This document shows, one piece after another, positions 15,688 to 30,618 of a stretch of DNA of 64,000 nt. A program made the position numbers and the translations under genes. Within the stretch, counting starts at the first letter, position 1. Every line of letters begins with the position of its first letter. The notes beneath the pieces were generated by a model. That model made no database searches. It saw only the letters and a program-made list of their open reading frames with translations, and was not told the origin of the DNA. The stretch is from Eledone cirrhosa (taxonomy: Eukaryota). The stretch is taken from contig CAXHJY010000276.1 of NCBI GenBank assembly GCA_964016885.1, forward strand, positions 20,591 through 84,590, in the 5' to 3' direction.

Positions 15688-15990
15688 TAATGGCTAGAGC
15701 ATCGAGCTTACAATCGTGAGGTTGTGAGTTCGATTCTCGGATCGGGCTTTGCGTTGTGTTCTTGAGCAAGACACTTCATTTCACGTTGCTGTAGAAATGA
15801 GTTGCGACGTCACTGGTGCCAAGCTGTATCGGCATTTCTTTGGACAACATCGGTGGCCTGGAGAGGGGAGCTGATGGGCGTTTGCTGGTCTTCCACAAAC
15901 AACCTTACCCGGGCTTGTGCTTCGGAGCAACTTTCTAGGTGCAAATCCCATGGTCATTTGGGACCGAAGGTTGGGAGGGGGGTCTTTACC
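15688..15990 (+). mobile_element. SINE family B copy
   Basis: Aligns to 57330-57650 (gagttgcgacgtcactggtg..aagctgtatcggc). Confidence 0.72.
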
Positions 15991-16691
15991 TTTTACCCTA
16001 GTGCTGACAATTAAAGGTAGTTGGTTGGTAGAGTCGTTTGAGCGTCGAAGTGAATGTGCTGTGATATTTATTCCGCTCCACTGTAGCTGAAATCAATATT
16101 TCCTTCCATCACTTTGGGGTCGATAAATGAAGTACCAGCCCCGAGCTGGTGCTGGTGCAGCCCTCTTTCTACTCCACTTCCTTCTGTCACATCCTGAATG
16201 TTCCAGCTCGAATCAACCCCAGCACGTGGCATCTTTTCACTACAGCCTCTGGGTAACTCAAGCCGTGTGAGTGAAATTGGATGGACTATACCTACAAATT
16301 AAAGATCTATACACGTTGCATACCGTCGGGTTGATTCTGCATGTGGATTATGTTAAGGATACATGTGTCTGTGGAATACTCAACTATTTACACATTAATT
16401 CAATAAGCAAGTAGTTCAGTTGATTATTGAACAACTGAATACTCATCACCGAAACAGACGGAGGTCTATTTACTCTAGAAAGGTACGAATATCTTAGAGA
16501 TTATGCCTCCCTTCTGATATTGTAAGTATTATTCAAACTTGGATAGGGACATAAAGTACAAAATAAGCTTCCAGCAAGCTTAAACTGACATGCCGTTTCA
16601 ATTTCTAGTTGTAGTGAATTCCACAATGGGACAGTCATATTTCACGAAGTTGCCACAATTGCTATCTCTCGTAATCTTTGATAAATATATT

Positions 16692-16855
16692 CCATAGTTG
16701 CCTCACATTGCTAAACACTACATCAGTTCATAGACACCATAGTTGCCTCATACTGCTAAACATCAAATAAATTCATAGACACCATAGTTGTTTCACATTG
16801 CTAAACAGCACATCAATTCATAGACACCATAGTTGCCTCACATTGCTAAACATCA
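16692..16855. repeat. 45-bp minisatellite, about 3.6 copies
   Basis: ccatagttgcctcacattgctaaaca... at 16692, 16737, 16782 and 16827. Confidence 0.85.
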
Positions 16856-19030
16856 CTATGAAATCCTAGATTTCTTCTTGAGGACCAGAAACTATTTCAA
16901 TCCTGTCTACACGGTTCGATTTTTATCTTTATTGGTTTGGTGTGGAGGAAAGGGTTGTGCTGATGGGTTTTCCAGGTCGTTCAAGATTGGCAGTTAATGA
17001 TTTTTTTTTCTTGGATAGTCACAAACTATTAGCTGCAGGAAAATTATGGACAGGGAAAAAGTTAAAAAGATCGAAGTTCGGAAGGAATGAGGGTAGATAA
17101 TGTGGTTAGTGTGGGGTCTGGTGTGAAGTTGACATTATGTTGGTGACAAGAAAAAGGGGACAAGACTAGGAAATCAACAGTGCATGACACGGAACAAGTA
17201 AGATCTGACGAGTAGAGACTATTTTAGTAGTGAAAGTCAGAGAGAGAGAGAGGGAGAGAGAGAGAGAAAGAGAGAGAGAGCGAGAGCGAGAGAGAGAGAG
17301 AGAGAGAAAGGAAACTACATATACCGACCGAAACTTGGAGTGTAATTGTTAGCGACTTCATGCCAATCAATTGAGAGCTTTTTGAATACAATCTAAGATA
17401 CGAATATGTATAATGGCTATACGATCCCATATAGCTTTCTGTGCAGTAGCAGCTCCACCGTTCAAGATGTGGGAGCAGTGCTCCATAGAGAGCCTTACCT
17501 GAGCTTTATAGATGGTTAGTAGTCGTTAGGGGCTGAAGTATTTTTTCTGGTTGTGAAGAGAAAGGTCAGCTTTTGAGATGCCGTGAGGGGATATGTTTCA
17601 CTAGAAGAGAGATACATAGTGATGTGATGGTGAGCAGAGGGATCTTTTGAGAGGGTTCTAGTTAAAATAGTGTTTGTGTTTAAGGGAAGGGGATGCGGTG
17701 TGATGACATGTTTTTGATTTGTGCAGGGTTTACGTCTTTCTGCTGTTGAGGGAGCTAAGAGTATCATGATCACATTGCAGGATATTTCAGAGTCCCTGTT
17801 CATAGAGTTAGGCAGCGAATTAGCAGTCGTTAGAACGTAGGTTAGAATGCTTTATGGTATTCGTTCCGGTTCTCTGCTCTCTGAGTTCAACTTTACCTTT
17901 CATCCTTTCGAGGTCGATAAAAAAGTACCAGTCTAGTAAAGGGGTCGATTATTTCTCTCTCTCTCTCTGGAAGAAATCTGCTGTATTCAGGCCTGGAGAC
18001 GGATGGGCTCCGCCATGCTTAAAATGTCCGAGACACGCCGTATGTCAATATGACACCCCTACGACTCTATCAGGAGTCAAGAGACCAGAGTTCATGGAGT
18101 TAGTGTAGATTTGCCTTCATGCATGTCTAGGTGACATGTGGATGACACTTGGATGCAGACATCATCCCCTATGTGATTGCCCCTCCTCCACTTCTGGGGT
18201 CCTTTGCTTTTCTTTCTTCCGGAATCAATAAAGTAAAGTACTAATTAAAAACTGTGTTTGATACAATCGGCTTTTCTCCTTCCTTCAAATTTCTGGCTTT
18301 GTGCCTATATTAAAAAAAGTTAAGGTTGGTGGATTGGTAGAATCGTTAGTGCATTGGATAAAATGCATTGCAGTATTTCGTCACTGCCATCTGCGTTCTG
18401 GTTTCAAATCCAGTCGAAATCAGTTTTGATTCAAGAAAATCTTAAATTGATATAACACTCTCCATTTAGTCTTTACCGATGAGGCTTAGAGATCATAACT
18501 CTGACATTATGGGCATGTGGTTAGGTTGTCTCAGGAAAGAATCGTTTGACAGATTTTACAGGCAAAATCAACCGGCAGTATAATAAGGGGCAGACCCTGA
18601 GCAAGATGGTATAACATCCATGAGCTCGGCTGGTTTCACTTCGGGATCCAGTCGGAAGAATTCGAGATGATTGTTTCTGACAGGGCCTGCCGAAAGGTGT
18701 GTTTGAGGATTCTGCCCCCCCCCCTCACCCTCCCAGGAATAAGTGGGCGAAGAAGAAGGAAAAGAAAACTCCCCATTTACATATACACCCACGTACACAC
18801 ACACATGCACAAACACTCACACATGCAGATACACACACATTAGTATGAATGCCATTGGTAGTGTACAGAATAATATATTAATAAAGTATATTTGTCAAAA
18901 GAAGTAATATGATATGACTTCCCTTTTAATAAGAATCCCTCTTTTAATAAGAATATTAATAGTTCTGAGAGTGGGATAAGTACAGAATGTTTCTTTTCGT
19001 CTTTGTTTGCCATTGGCATAATCAAATAGT

Positions 19031-19072
<42 letters not shown>

Positions 19073-19300
19073 TGTTTCATATGAAAGGAGTTAACCGGAT
19101 CAACCATGTTCAAACATCGATAAGATTCTGGGTTTTTTCCCTTTTTTTTGTCTTTTTATTTATCTTTCTGTTTTTCTTTCCTGTAATTCAAAGTAAAAAC
19201 AAACTAAGCAACATAACTAAAACAGGAAATATATATCAGTTTGTCATTATTGTAGCAAGGGGAATAAATGTTGCCAGAAATAATAACCGAAGAAGAAATG

Positions 19301-19306
19301 TTTATT
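19301..19306 (-). promoter_or_regulatory. candidate polyadenylation signal of Dmbx1
   Basis: AATAAA on the minus strand about 45 nt after the stop codon; AT-rich context makes this weak. Confidence 0.3.
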
Positions 19307-19350
19307 GAACTAGATAACTTATGGTCCAACAGTTTGGGCTGAAATAAAAT

Positions 19351-19829
19351 CTAGAATAATCCTAAAGATGCCGTATGTTGCCGAGCTCGGTAACGTAAAT
19401 TTTCGATGCTCGAAGATAATATGGCGTCTTTTTGACCACTGACGTCACCAGAAGTAGCTGCTGCAGCTGCAGCTGCAGCTGCCGCGGCTGCGGCCGCAAC
19501 TGGAGACACAGTTTGTAGGTTAGTACTTTGGCTTGAAGTGTGTTGAAGTCCAGTCTGAAATGTGTCGCTTGCCAAGGTAGACAACTGCGGTAAAGACGCC
19601 GGTATATAATAAGGCCAACCAGAATAGGCTGCCGTCAGAGCTCCGCTTGGGTTGATTTGTAAAATACCCGAACCCGTGTTGCTTGGTCCCGGGGTGGTGT
19701 GAGCGAAAGGTTTGTGTAGCAATGATGTAGCTGCGGCCAAGGTCTGGTGGTGAACATTGAGCAGTCCGAACTGATGGTAGGGGGAGGAGAAAGTCAGTGG
19801 AGCTCGACTGTAATTTGGAGACGATGAAT
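19351..19829 (-). CDS. Dmbx1: DMBX1-like terminal coding exon (poly-Ala tract, OAR motif)
   Basis: Acceptor tttttctattgcag|AT; open frame to TAG; 14-Ala tract (19456-19497); ends SSSIENLRYRARQHTASLGLF (OAR motif). The four exons total 1203 nt = 400 aa + stop. Confidence 0.92.
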
Positions 19830-19859
19830 CTGCAATAGAAAAATAAACAATAGTAAAAA

Positions 19860-20272
19860 ATGATGGTGATGATGGTGATGATGATGATGATGATGATGGC
19901 GGTGTTGGTGGGGGTAGTGTTGATGGTGGTGATGGTGATGATGGCGGTGTTGGTGGGGGTAATTGTGATGGCGGTGATGGTGATGATGGCGGTGTTGGTG
20001 GGGGTAGTGGTGATGGTGGTGATGGTGATGATGGCGGTGTTGGTGGGGGTAATTGTGATGGCGGTGATGGTGATGATGGCGGTGTTGGTGGAGGTAATTG
20101 TGATGGCGGTGATGGTGATGATGGCGGTGTTGGTGGGGGTAGTGGTGATGGTGATGATTATAATGGTAGTGGTGATGATGCTGATGACACTGATTATAAT
20201 GTTAGTGATGTTGATAATGAATGATTCTGATGACGATGGTAATGAATGATTATGGTGAAATGATGATGATGG

Positions 20273-20310
<38 letters not shown>

Positions 20311-20321
20311 GTGATGATGAC

Positions 20322-20355
<34 letters not shown>

Positions 20356-20500
20356 ATGGTGATATTGATGGTAATGTTGGTGTAGATGGTGAGGTGATGA
20401 TTATGGAAGTGGTAATGATTACGGTGGGGGTGTTGATTATGGCGGTGATGATGGAATTGGTGATGATAAAAGTAGGTGTGATGATGATGGTGATAATGAA
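19860..20500. repeat. (GAT/GGT)n compound repeat next to the exon 4 acceptor
   Basis: Direct inspection; higher-order units gatggcggtgttggtgggggta. Confidence 0.9.
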
Positions 20501-20854
20501 GAAAATGAAGAGAAGGAAGACTAAAGTAATTACTTTAATTATAACAAAGATATCGTAGAAATACTATTTAGTGTTTAGTACAATCCAATATAATACAACA
20601 GAATAAACAATGTTGTGAAATGGTTTTTAAGCGACTAATTTGAGGGAAAAATAAGGAGAAACAGGTGCACGGATAGTACACGGGTTGTGCGTTTGTCATT
20701 TGCCGGGAAACTAGTTCCTCATTAGGTTTTATAACTCCTGCTATTCTAATTTCTCGAATTATTTATACATCTAGAAGTTGCACCGCCATTTTACGTGCAA
20801 CATTTACAACATTCAAGTAATATTTTCTTGATATAAAAAAAGAAATAAAGAAAA

Positions 20855-21325
20855 GGAAAGGAGCCAATCTTCAGATAGAACCAAGGAAACGATGTTTCCA
20901 TTGGTCTTTCCATTACTGATACTATCTGCTGGTCTCATTTCTTAGCAGAAAAAAGGAGTCAATCAGTTTGGACCAAGGAAACTATGTTTCTGTTGGTCAT
21001 TTTATTACTGATACTATCTGCTAGACGCAACTGCTGGCAGAAGAAATAAGCCTATGGCCAGATCAGACCAAGAAAACCATGTTTCTGTTAGTTATTTTAT
21101 TGCTGATACTATCTGCTAGACGCAACTCCTGGCAGAAGAAATAAGCCGATGGCCAGATCAGACCAAGAAAAGTATGTTTCTGTTGGTTTTATATTGCTGA
21201 TATTATCTGCTAGACATAACTTCTGCCAGAAGAAAGGAGCCGATCGTTAGATCGGACTAAGGAAACAATAGTTCTATTGGATTTTTCATTACTGATACTA
21301 TCTGTCAGTCATAACTCTTGACAGT
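20855..21325. repeat. about 94-bp structured minisatellite, 5 copies
   Basis: ctgatactatctg recurs near 20916, 21008, 21103, 21197 and 21292. Confidence 0.85.
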
Positions 21326-22248
21326 TCTGGACTCAGAACTGACTTGTGGCTACGCAACAACAACGTCACAAACTTACTTTTATTCCGAGGTGATAAATAA
21401 GGGTCATTGATTGATGTTGATAGAGATCTTGAGACACCAGGACTCCCAACAAATTCTTCCTGAACTGATTCGTGGCCACCAACATCAATTGTAGGAGTTC
21501 CTTCTTTTACAAACGATGGTTTACATTCGTATTCACCTAATTAAATATAAAAGACAGAAATATATATTTATATATATATTGAAAGGTTGGGAGTTCGAAT
21601 CCTTTATTTTCATCTTGCTCCAGTTCAACGACTACTGGTCTTACACAAACATACCTTGTCATTCGTGACCTCCCCAAAAAGTGTGTGTGTGTGTGGGGGG
21701 GGGGGGGTTTACGACGAATAATACATCAAATCTTATCCATACACCCAATGATGAGAGAGACTCTTTCCATCAGAGTGGACGATTACGATAATATAGGGAA
21801 ATAGTATGAACAACATTAGGCTGTGAACATGTTACCTAGAATAATAGATAGCAACAACGAAAATCACACACACACACACACCTATATATAAATTCGCCCA
21901 CTTATTCTTGAGAGAGCTGAAGGGGCAGGGTCCTAGGTCCCATGGTTCTCTCAGTAATCCAGCTGGATCCAAAAGCGGTATCCAAACACCTTGCTAGTGA
22001 TCAGCTTCTGGATCTCTTGCTGGTTGGCCCGTAAAATTTGTCCTGCGATTATTTCCTTAAACAGTGAAAGCAGATTTTCGTAGCACCGGAGCTGTGATTT
22101 CTTGCTGCGGAGAAGTAACGACTCAGTGGCTGAAGGACCACCATGTTCAAACAGGAAGTTAAAGATACCATCTATACGAATACATACATTACATACATAC
22201 GTTTCACTATATATATACGTACGTTGCATTACACACTCATTACATTCA

Positions 22249-23911
<1,663 letters not shown>

Positions 23912-26900
23912 TTGGAATGAATGCTCTGAAATAGCGATATATATGTGAATATAGACACAGAATATTCGAAAATATTCTGTATGTTTATAATAAACATTTT
24001 GAAGACCTAATCGCTATAGAATAGAATACGTCACGTATTACAATTAGATTCTCGATAAAAGCAAGGGAAGTAAGTCTACGCGTTTCATTCTTGTTAGAAT
24101 TCATCAGGACTACATATCCAGTGCTTTCATCGAGAATGACACAGCTAGAGACTTATAGAATACTTAGCTGTGTACAGGAACTGGTTTGAAAGAGCGGTTG
24201 CCGGTCCGGCAGAAATTAGAAATTGGAATGAATGCTCTGAAATAGCGATATATATGTGAATATAGACACAGAATATTCGAAAATATTCTGTATGTTTATA
24301 ATAAACATTTTGAAGACCTAATCGCTATAGAATAGAATACGTCACGTATTACAATTAGATTCTCGATAAAAGCAAGGGAAGTAAGTCTACGCGTTTCATT
24401 CTTGTTAGAATTCATCAGGACTACATATCCAGTGCTTTCATCGAGAATGACACAGCTAGAGACTTATAGAATACTTAGCTGTGTACAGGAACTGGTTTGA
24501 AAGAGCGGTTGCCGGTCCGGCAGAAATTAGAAATTGGAATGAATGCTCTGAAATAGCGATATATATGTGAATATAGACACAGAATATTCGAAAATATTCT
24601 GTATGTTTATAATAAACATTTTGAAGACCTAATCGCTATAGAATAGAATACGTCACGTATTACAATTAGATTCTCGATAAAAGCAAGGGAAGTAAGTCTA
24701 CGCGTTTCATTCTTGTTAGAATTCATCAGGACTACATATCCAGTGCTTTCATCGAGAATGACACAGCTAGAGACTTATAGAATACTTAGCTGTGTACAGG
24801 AACTGGTTTGAAAGAGCGGTTGCCGGTCCGGCAGAAATTAGAAATTGGAATGAATGCTCTGAAATAGCGATATATATGTGAATATAGACACAGAATATTC
24901 GAAAATATTCTGTATGTTTATAATAAACATTTTGAAGACCTAATCGCTATAGAATAGAATACGTCACGTATTACAATTAGATTCTCGATAAAAGCAAGGG
25001 AAGTAAGTCTACGCGTTTCATTCTTGTTAGAATTCATCAGGACTACATATCCAGTGCTTTCATCGAGAATGACACAGCTAGAGACTTATAGAATACTTAG
25101 CTGTGTACAGGAACTGGTTTGAAAGAGCGGTTGCCGGTCCGGCAGAAATTAGAAATTGGAATGAATGCTCTGAAATAGCGATATATATGTGAATATAGAC
25201 ACAGAATATTCGAAAATATTCTGTATGTTTATAATAAACATTTTGAAGACCTAATCGCTATAGAATAGAATACGTCACGTATTACAATTAGATTCTCGAT
25301 AAAAGCAAGGGAAGTAAGTCTACGCGTTTCATTCTTGTTAGAATTCATCAGGACTACATATCCAGTGCTTTCATCGAGAATGACACAGCTAGAGACTTAT
25401 AGAATACTTAGCTGTGTACAGGAACTGGTTTGAAAGAGCGGTTGCCGGTCCGGCAGAAATTAGAAATTGGAATGAATGCTCTGAAATAGCGATATATATG
25501 TGAATATAGACACAGAATATTCGAAAATATTCTGTATGTTTATAATAAACATTTTGAAGACCTAATCGCTATAGAATAGAATACGTCACGTATTACAATT
25601 AGATTCTCGATAAAAGCAAGGGAAGTAAGTCTACGCGTTTCATTCTTGTTAGAATTCATCAGGACTACATATCCAGTGCTTTCATCGAGAATGACACAGC
25701 TAGAGACTTATAGAATACTTAGCTGTGTACAGGAACTGGTTTGAAAGAGCGGTTGCCGGTCCGGCAGAAATTAGAAATTGGAATGAATGCTCTGAAATAG
25801 CGATATATATGTGAATATAGACACAGAATATTCGAAAATATTCTGTATGTTTATAATAAACATTTTGAAGACCTAATCGCTATAGAATAGAATACGTCAC
25901 GTATTACAATTAGATTCTCGATAAAAGCAAGGGAAGTAAGTCTACGCGTTTCATTCTTGTTAGAATTCATCAGGACTACATATCCAGTGCTTTCATCGAG
26001 AATGACACAGCTAGAGACTTATAGAATACTTAGCTGTGTACAGGAACTGGTTTGAAAGAGCGGTTGCCGGTCCGGCAGAAATTAGAAATTGGAATGAATG
26101 CTCTGAAATAGCGATATATATGTGAATATAGACACAGAATATTCGAAAATATTCTGTATGTTTATAATAAACATTTTGAAGACCTAATCGCTATAGAATA
26201 GAATACGTCACGTATTACAATTAGATTCTCGATAAAAGCAAGGGAAGTAAGTCTACGCGTTTCATTCTTGTTAGAATTCATCAGGACTACATATCCAGTG
26301 CTTTCATCGAGAATGACACAGCTAGAGACTTATAGAATACTTAGCTGTGTACAGGAACTGGTTTGAAAGAGCGGTTGCCGGTCCGGCAGAAATTAGAAAT
26401 TGGAATGAATGCTCTGAAATAGCGATATATATGTGAATATAGACACAGAATATTCGAAAATATTCTGTATGTTTATAATAAACATTTTGAAGACCTAATC
26501 GCTATAGAATAGAATACGTCACGTATTACAATTAGATTCTCGATAAAAGCAAGGGAAGTAAGTCTACGCGTTTCATTCTTGTTAGAATTCATCAGGACTA
26601 CATATCCAGTGCTTTCATCGAGAATGACACAGCTAGAGACTTATAGAATACTTAGCTGTGTACAGGAACTGGTTTGAAAGAGCGGTTGCCGGTCCGGCAG
26701 AAATTAGAAATTGGAATGAATGCTCTGAAATAGCGATATATATGTGAATATAGACACAGAATATTCGAAAATATTCTGTATGTTTATAATAAACATTTTG
26801 AAGACCTAATCGCTATAGAATAGAATACGTCACGTATTACAATTAGATTCTCGATAAAAGCAAGGGAAGTAAGTCTACGCGTTTCATTCTTGTTAGAATT

Positions 26901-27997
26901 CATCAGGACTACATATCCAGTGCTTTCATCGAGAATGACACAGCTAGAGACTTATAGAATACTTAGCTGTGTACAGGAACTGGTTTGAAAGAGCGGTTGC
27001 CGGTCCGGCAGAAATTAGAAATTGGAATGAATGCTCTGAAATAGCGATATATATGTGAATATAGACACAGAATATTCGAAAATATTCTGTATGTTTATAA
27101 TAAACATTTTGAAGACCTAATCGCTATAGAATAGAATACGTCACGTATTACAATTAGATTCTCGATAAAAGCAAGGGAAGTAAGTCTACGCGTTTCATTC
27201 TTGTTAGAATTCATCAGGACTACATATCCAGTGCTTTCATCGAGAATGACACAGCTAGAGACTTATAGAATACTTAGCTGTGTACAGGAACTGGTTTGAA
27301 AGAGCGGTTGCCGGTCCGGCAGAAATTAGAAATTGGAATGAATGCTCTGAAATAGCGATATATATGTGAATATAGACACAGAATATTCGAAAATATTCTG
27401 TATGTTTATAATAAACATTTTGAAGACCTAATCGCTATAGAATAGAATACGTCACGTATTACAATTAGATTCTCGATAAAAGCAAGGGAAGTAAGTCTAC
27501 GCGTTTCATTCTTGTTAGAATTCATCAGGACTACATATCCAGTGCTTTCATCGAGAATGACACAGCTAGAGACTTATAGAATACTTAGCTGTGTACAGGA
27601 ACTGGTTTGAAAGAGCGGTTGCCGGTCCGGCAGAAATTAGAAATTGGAATGAATGCTCTGAAATAGCGATATATATGTGAATATAGACACAGAATATTCG
27701 AAAATATTCTGTATGTTTATAATAAACATTTTGAAGACCTAATCGCTATAGAATAGAATACGTCACGTATTACAATTAGATTCTCGATAAAAGCAAGGGA
27801 AGTAAGTCTACGCGTTTCATTCTTGTTAGAATTCATCAGGACTACATATCCAGTGCTTTCATCGAGAATGACACAGCTAGAGACTTATAGAATACTTAGC
27901 TGTGTACAGGAACTGGTTTGAAAGAGCGGTTGCCGGTCCGGCAGAAATTAGAAATTGGAATGAATGCTCTGAAATAGCGATATATATGTGAATATAG
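23912..27997 (-). mobile_element. retrozyme-like tandem array, left block (about 13.1 x 311 bp, HHR on minus strand)
   Basis: Exact 311-bp period (ttggaatg at 23912, 24223, ...). Each unit has the reverse complement of a type I HHR; 13 complete cores. The 3' end runs into (TA)n. Confidence 0.9.
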
Positions 27998-30618
27998 CGT
28001 AGACTTACTTCCCTTGCTTTTATCGAGAATCTAATTGTAATACGTGACGTATTCTATTCTATAGCGATTAGGTCTTCAAAATGTTTATTATAAACATACA
28101 GAATATTTTCGAATATTCTGTGTCTATATTCACATATATATCGCTATTTCAGAGCATTCATTCCAATTTCTAATTTCTGCCGGACCGGCAACCGCTCTTT
28201 CAAACCAGTTCCTGTACACAGCTAAGTATTCTATAAGTCTCTAGCTGTGTCATTCTCGATGAAAGCACTGGATATGTAGTCCTGATGAATTCTAACAAGA
28301 ATGAAACGCGTAGACTTACTTCCCTTGCTTTTATCGAGAATCTAATTGTAATACGTGACGTATTCTATTCTATAGCGATTAGGTCTTCAAAATGTTTATT
28401 ATAAACATACAGAATATTTTCGAATATTCTGTGTCTATATTCACATATATATCGCTATTTCAGAGCATTCATTCCAATTTCTAATTTCTGCCGGACCGGC
28501 AACCGCTCTTTCAAACCAGTTCCTGTACACAGCTAAGTATTCTATAAGTCTCTAGCTGTGTCATTCTCGATGAAAGCACTGGATATGTAGTCCTGATGAA
28601 TTCTAACAAGAATGAAACGCGTAGACTTACTTCCCTTGCTTTTATCGAGAATCTAATTGTAATACGTGACGTATTCTATTCTATAGCGATTAGGTCTTCA
28701 AAATGTTTATTATAAACATACAGAATATTTTCGAATATTCTGTGTCTATATTCACATATATATCGCTATTTCAGAGCATTCATTCCAATTTCTAATTTCT
28801 GCCGGACCGGCAACCGCTCTTTCAAACCAGTTCCTGTACACAGCTAAGTATTCTATAAGTCTCTAGCTGTGTCATTCTCGATGAAAGCACTGGATATGTA
28901 GTCCTGATGAATTCTAACAAGAATGAAACGCGTAGACTTACTTCCCTTGCTTTTATCGAGAATCTAATTGTAATACGTGACGTATTCTATTCTATAGCGA
29001 TTAGGTCTTCAAAATGTTTATTATAAACATACAGAATATTTTCGAATATTCTGTGTCTATATTCACATATATATCGCTATTTCAGAGCATTCATTCCAAT
29101 TTCTAATTTCTGCCGGACCGGCAACCGCTCTTTCAAACCAGTTCCTGTACACAGCTAAGTATTCTATAAGTCTCTAGCTGTGTCATTCTCGATGAAAGCA
29201 CTGGATATGTAGTCCTGATGAATTCTAACAAGAATGAAACGCGTAGACTTACTTCCCTTGCTTTTATCGAGAATCTAATTGTAATACGTGACGTATTCTA
29301 TTCTATAGCGATTAGGTCTTCAAAATGTTTATTATAAACATACAGAATATTTTCGAATATTCTGTGTCTATATTCACATATATATCGCTATTTCAGAGCA
29401 TTCATTCCAATTTCTAATTTCTGCCGGACCGGCAACCGCTCTTTCAAACCAGTTCCTGTACACAGCTAAGTATTCTATAAGTCTCTAGCTGTGTCATTCT
29501 CGATGAAAGCACTGGATATGTAGTCCTGATGAATTCTAACAAGAATGAAACGCGTAGACTTACTTCCCTTGCTTTTATCGAGAATCTAATTGTAATACGT
29601 GACGTATTCTATTCTATAGCGATTAGGTCTTCAAAATGTTTATTATAAACATACAGAATATTTTCGAATATTCTGTGTCTATATTCACATATATATCGCT
29701 ATTTCAGAGCATTCATTCCAATTTCTAATTTCTGCCGGACCGGCAACCGCTCTTTCAAACCAGTTCCTGTACACAGCTAAGTATTCTATAAGTCTCTAGC
29801 TGTGTCATTCTCGATGAAAGCACTGGATATGTAGTCCTGATGAATTCTAACAAGAATGAAACGCGTAGACTTACTTCCCTTGCTTTTATCGAGAATCTAA
29901 TTGTAATACGTGACGTATTCTATTCTATAGCGATTAGGTCTTCAAAATGTTTATTATAAACATACAGAATATTTTCGAATATTCTGTGTCTATATTCACA
30001 TATATATCGCTATTTCAGAGCATTCATTCCAATTTCTAATTTCTGCCGGACCGGCAACCGCTCTTTCAAACCAGTTCCTGTACACAGCTAAGTATTCTAT
30101 AAGTCTCTAGCTGTGTCATTCTCGATGAAAGCACTGGATATGTAGTCCTGATGAATTCTAACAAGAATGAAACGCGTAGACTTACTTCCCTTGCTTTTAT
30201 CGAGAATCTAATTGTAATACGTGACGTATTCTATTCTATAGCGATTAGGTCTTCAAAATGTTTATTATAAACATACAGAATATTTTCGAATATTCTGTGT
30301 CTATATTCACATATATATCGCTATTTCAGAGCATTCATTCCAATTTCTAATTTCTGCCGGACCGGCAACCGCTCTTTCAAACCAGTTCCTGTACACAGCT
30401 AAGTATTCTATAAGTCTCTAGCTGTGTCATTCTCGATGAAAGCACTGGATATGTAGTCCTGATGAATTCTAACAAGAATGAAACGCGTAGACTTACTTCC
30501 CTTGCTTTTATCGAGAATCTAATTGTAATACGTGACGTATTCTATTCTATAGCGATTAGGTCTTCAAAATGTTTATTATAAACATACAGAATATTTTCGA
30601 ATATTCTGTGTCTATATT
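27997..30618 (+). mobile_element. retrozyme-like tandem array, right inverted block (about 8.4 x 311 bp, HHR on plus strand)
   Basis: Reverse complement of the left-block unit; CTGATGA at 28282+311k for k=0..7; the 3' end runs into (TA)n. Confidence 0.9.
28276..28319 (+). ncRNA. type I hammerhead ribozyme (representative of 21 copies)
   Basis: gtAGTC-CTGATGA-ATTCT(aaca)AGAAT-GAAA-CGCG-TA^GACTtac: complete core, stem I agtc/gact, 5-bp stem II, minimal palindromic stem III (ACGCGT), GUA cleavage triplet after 28312. Confidence 0.9.

Noticed and set aside
23912-30618. CRISPR array, rDNA or plain satellite interpretation
   Set aside because: No unique spacers and no rRNA similarity; the per-unit hammerhead explains it better. 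Copy number could still be affected by assembly.
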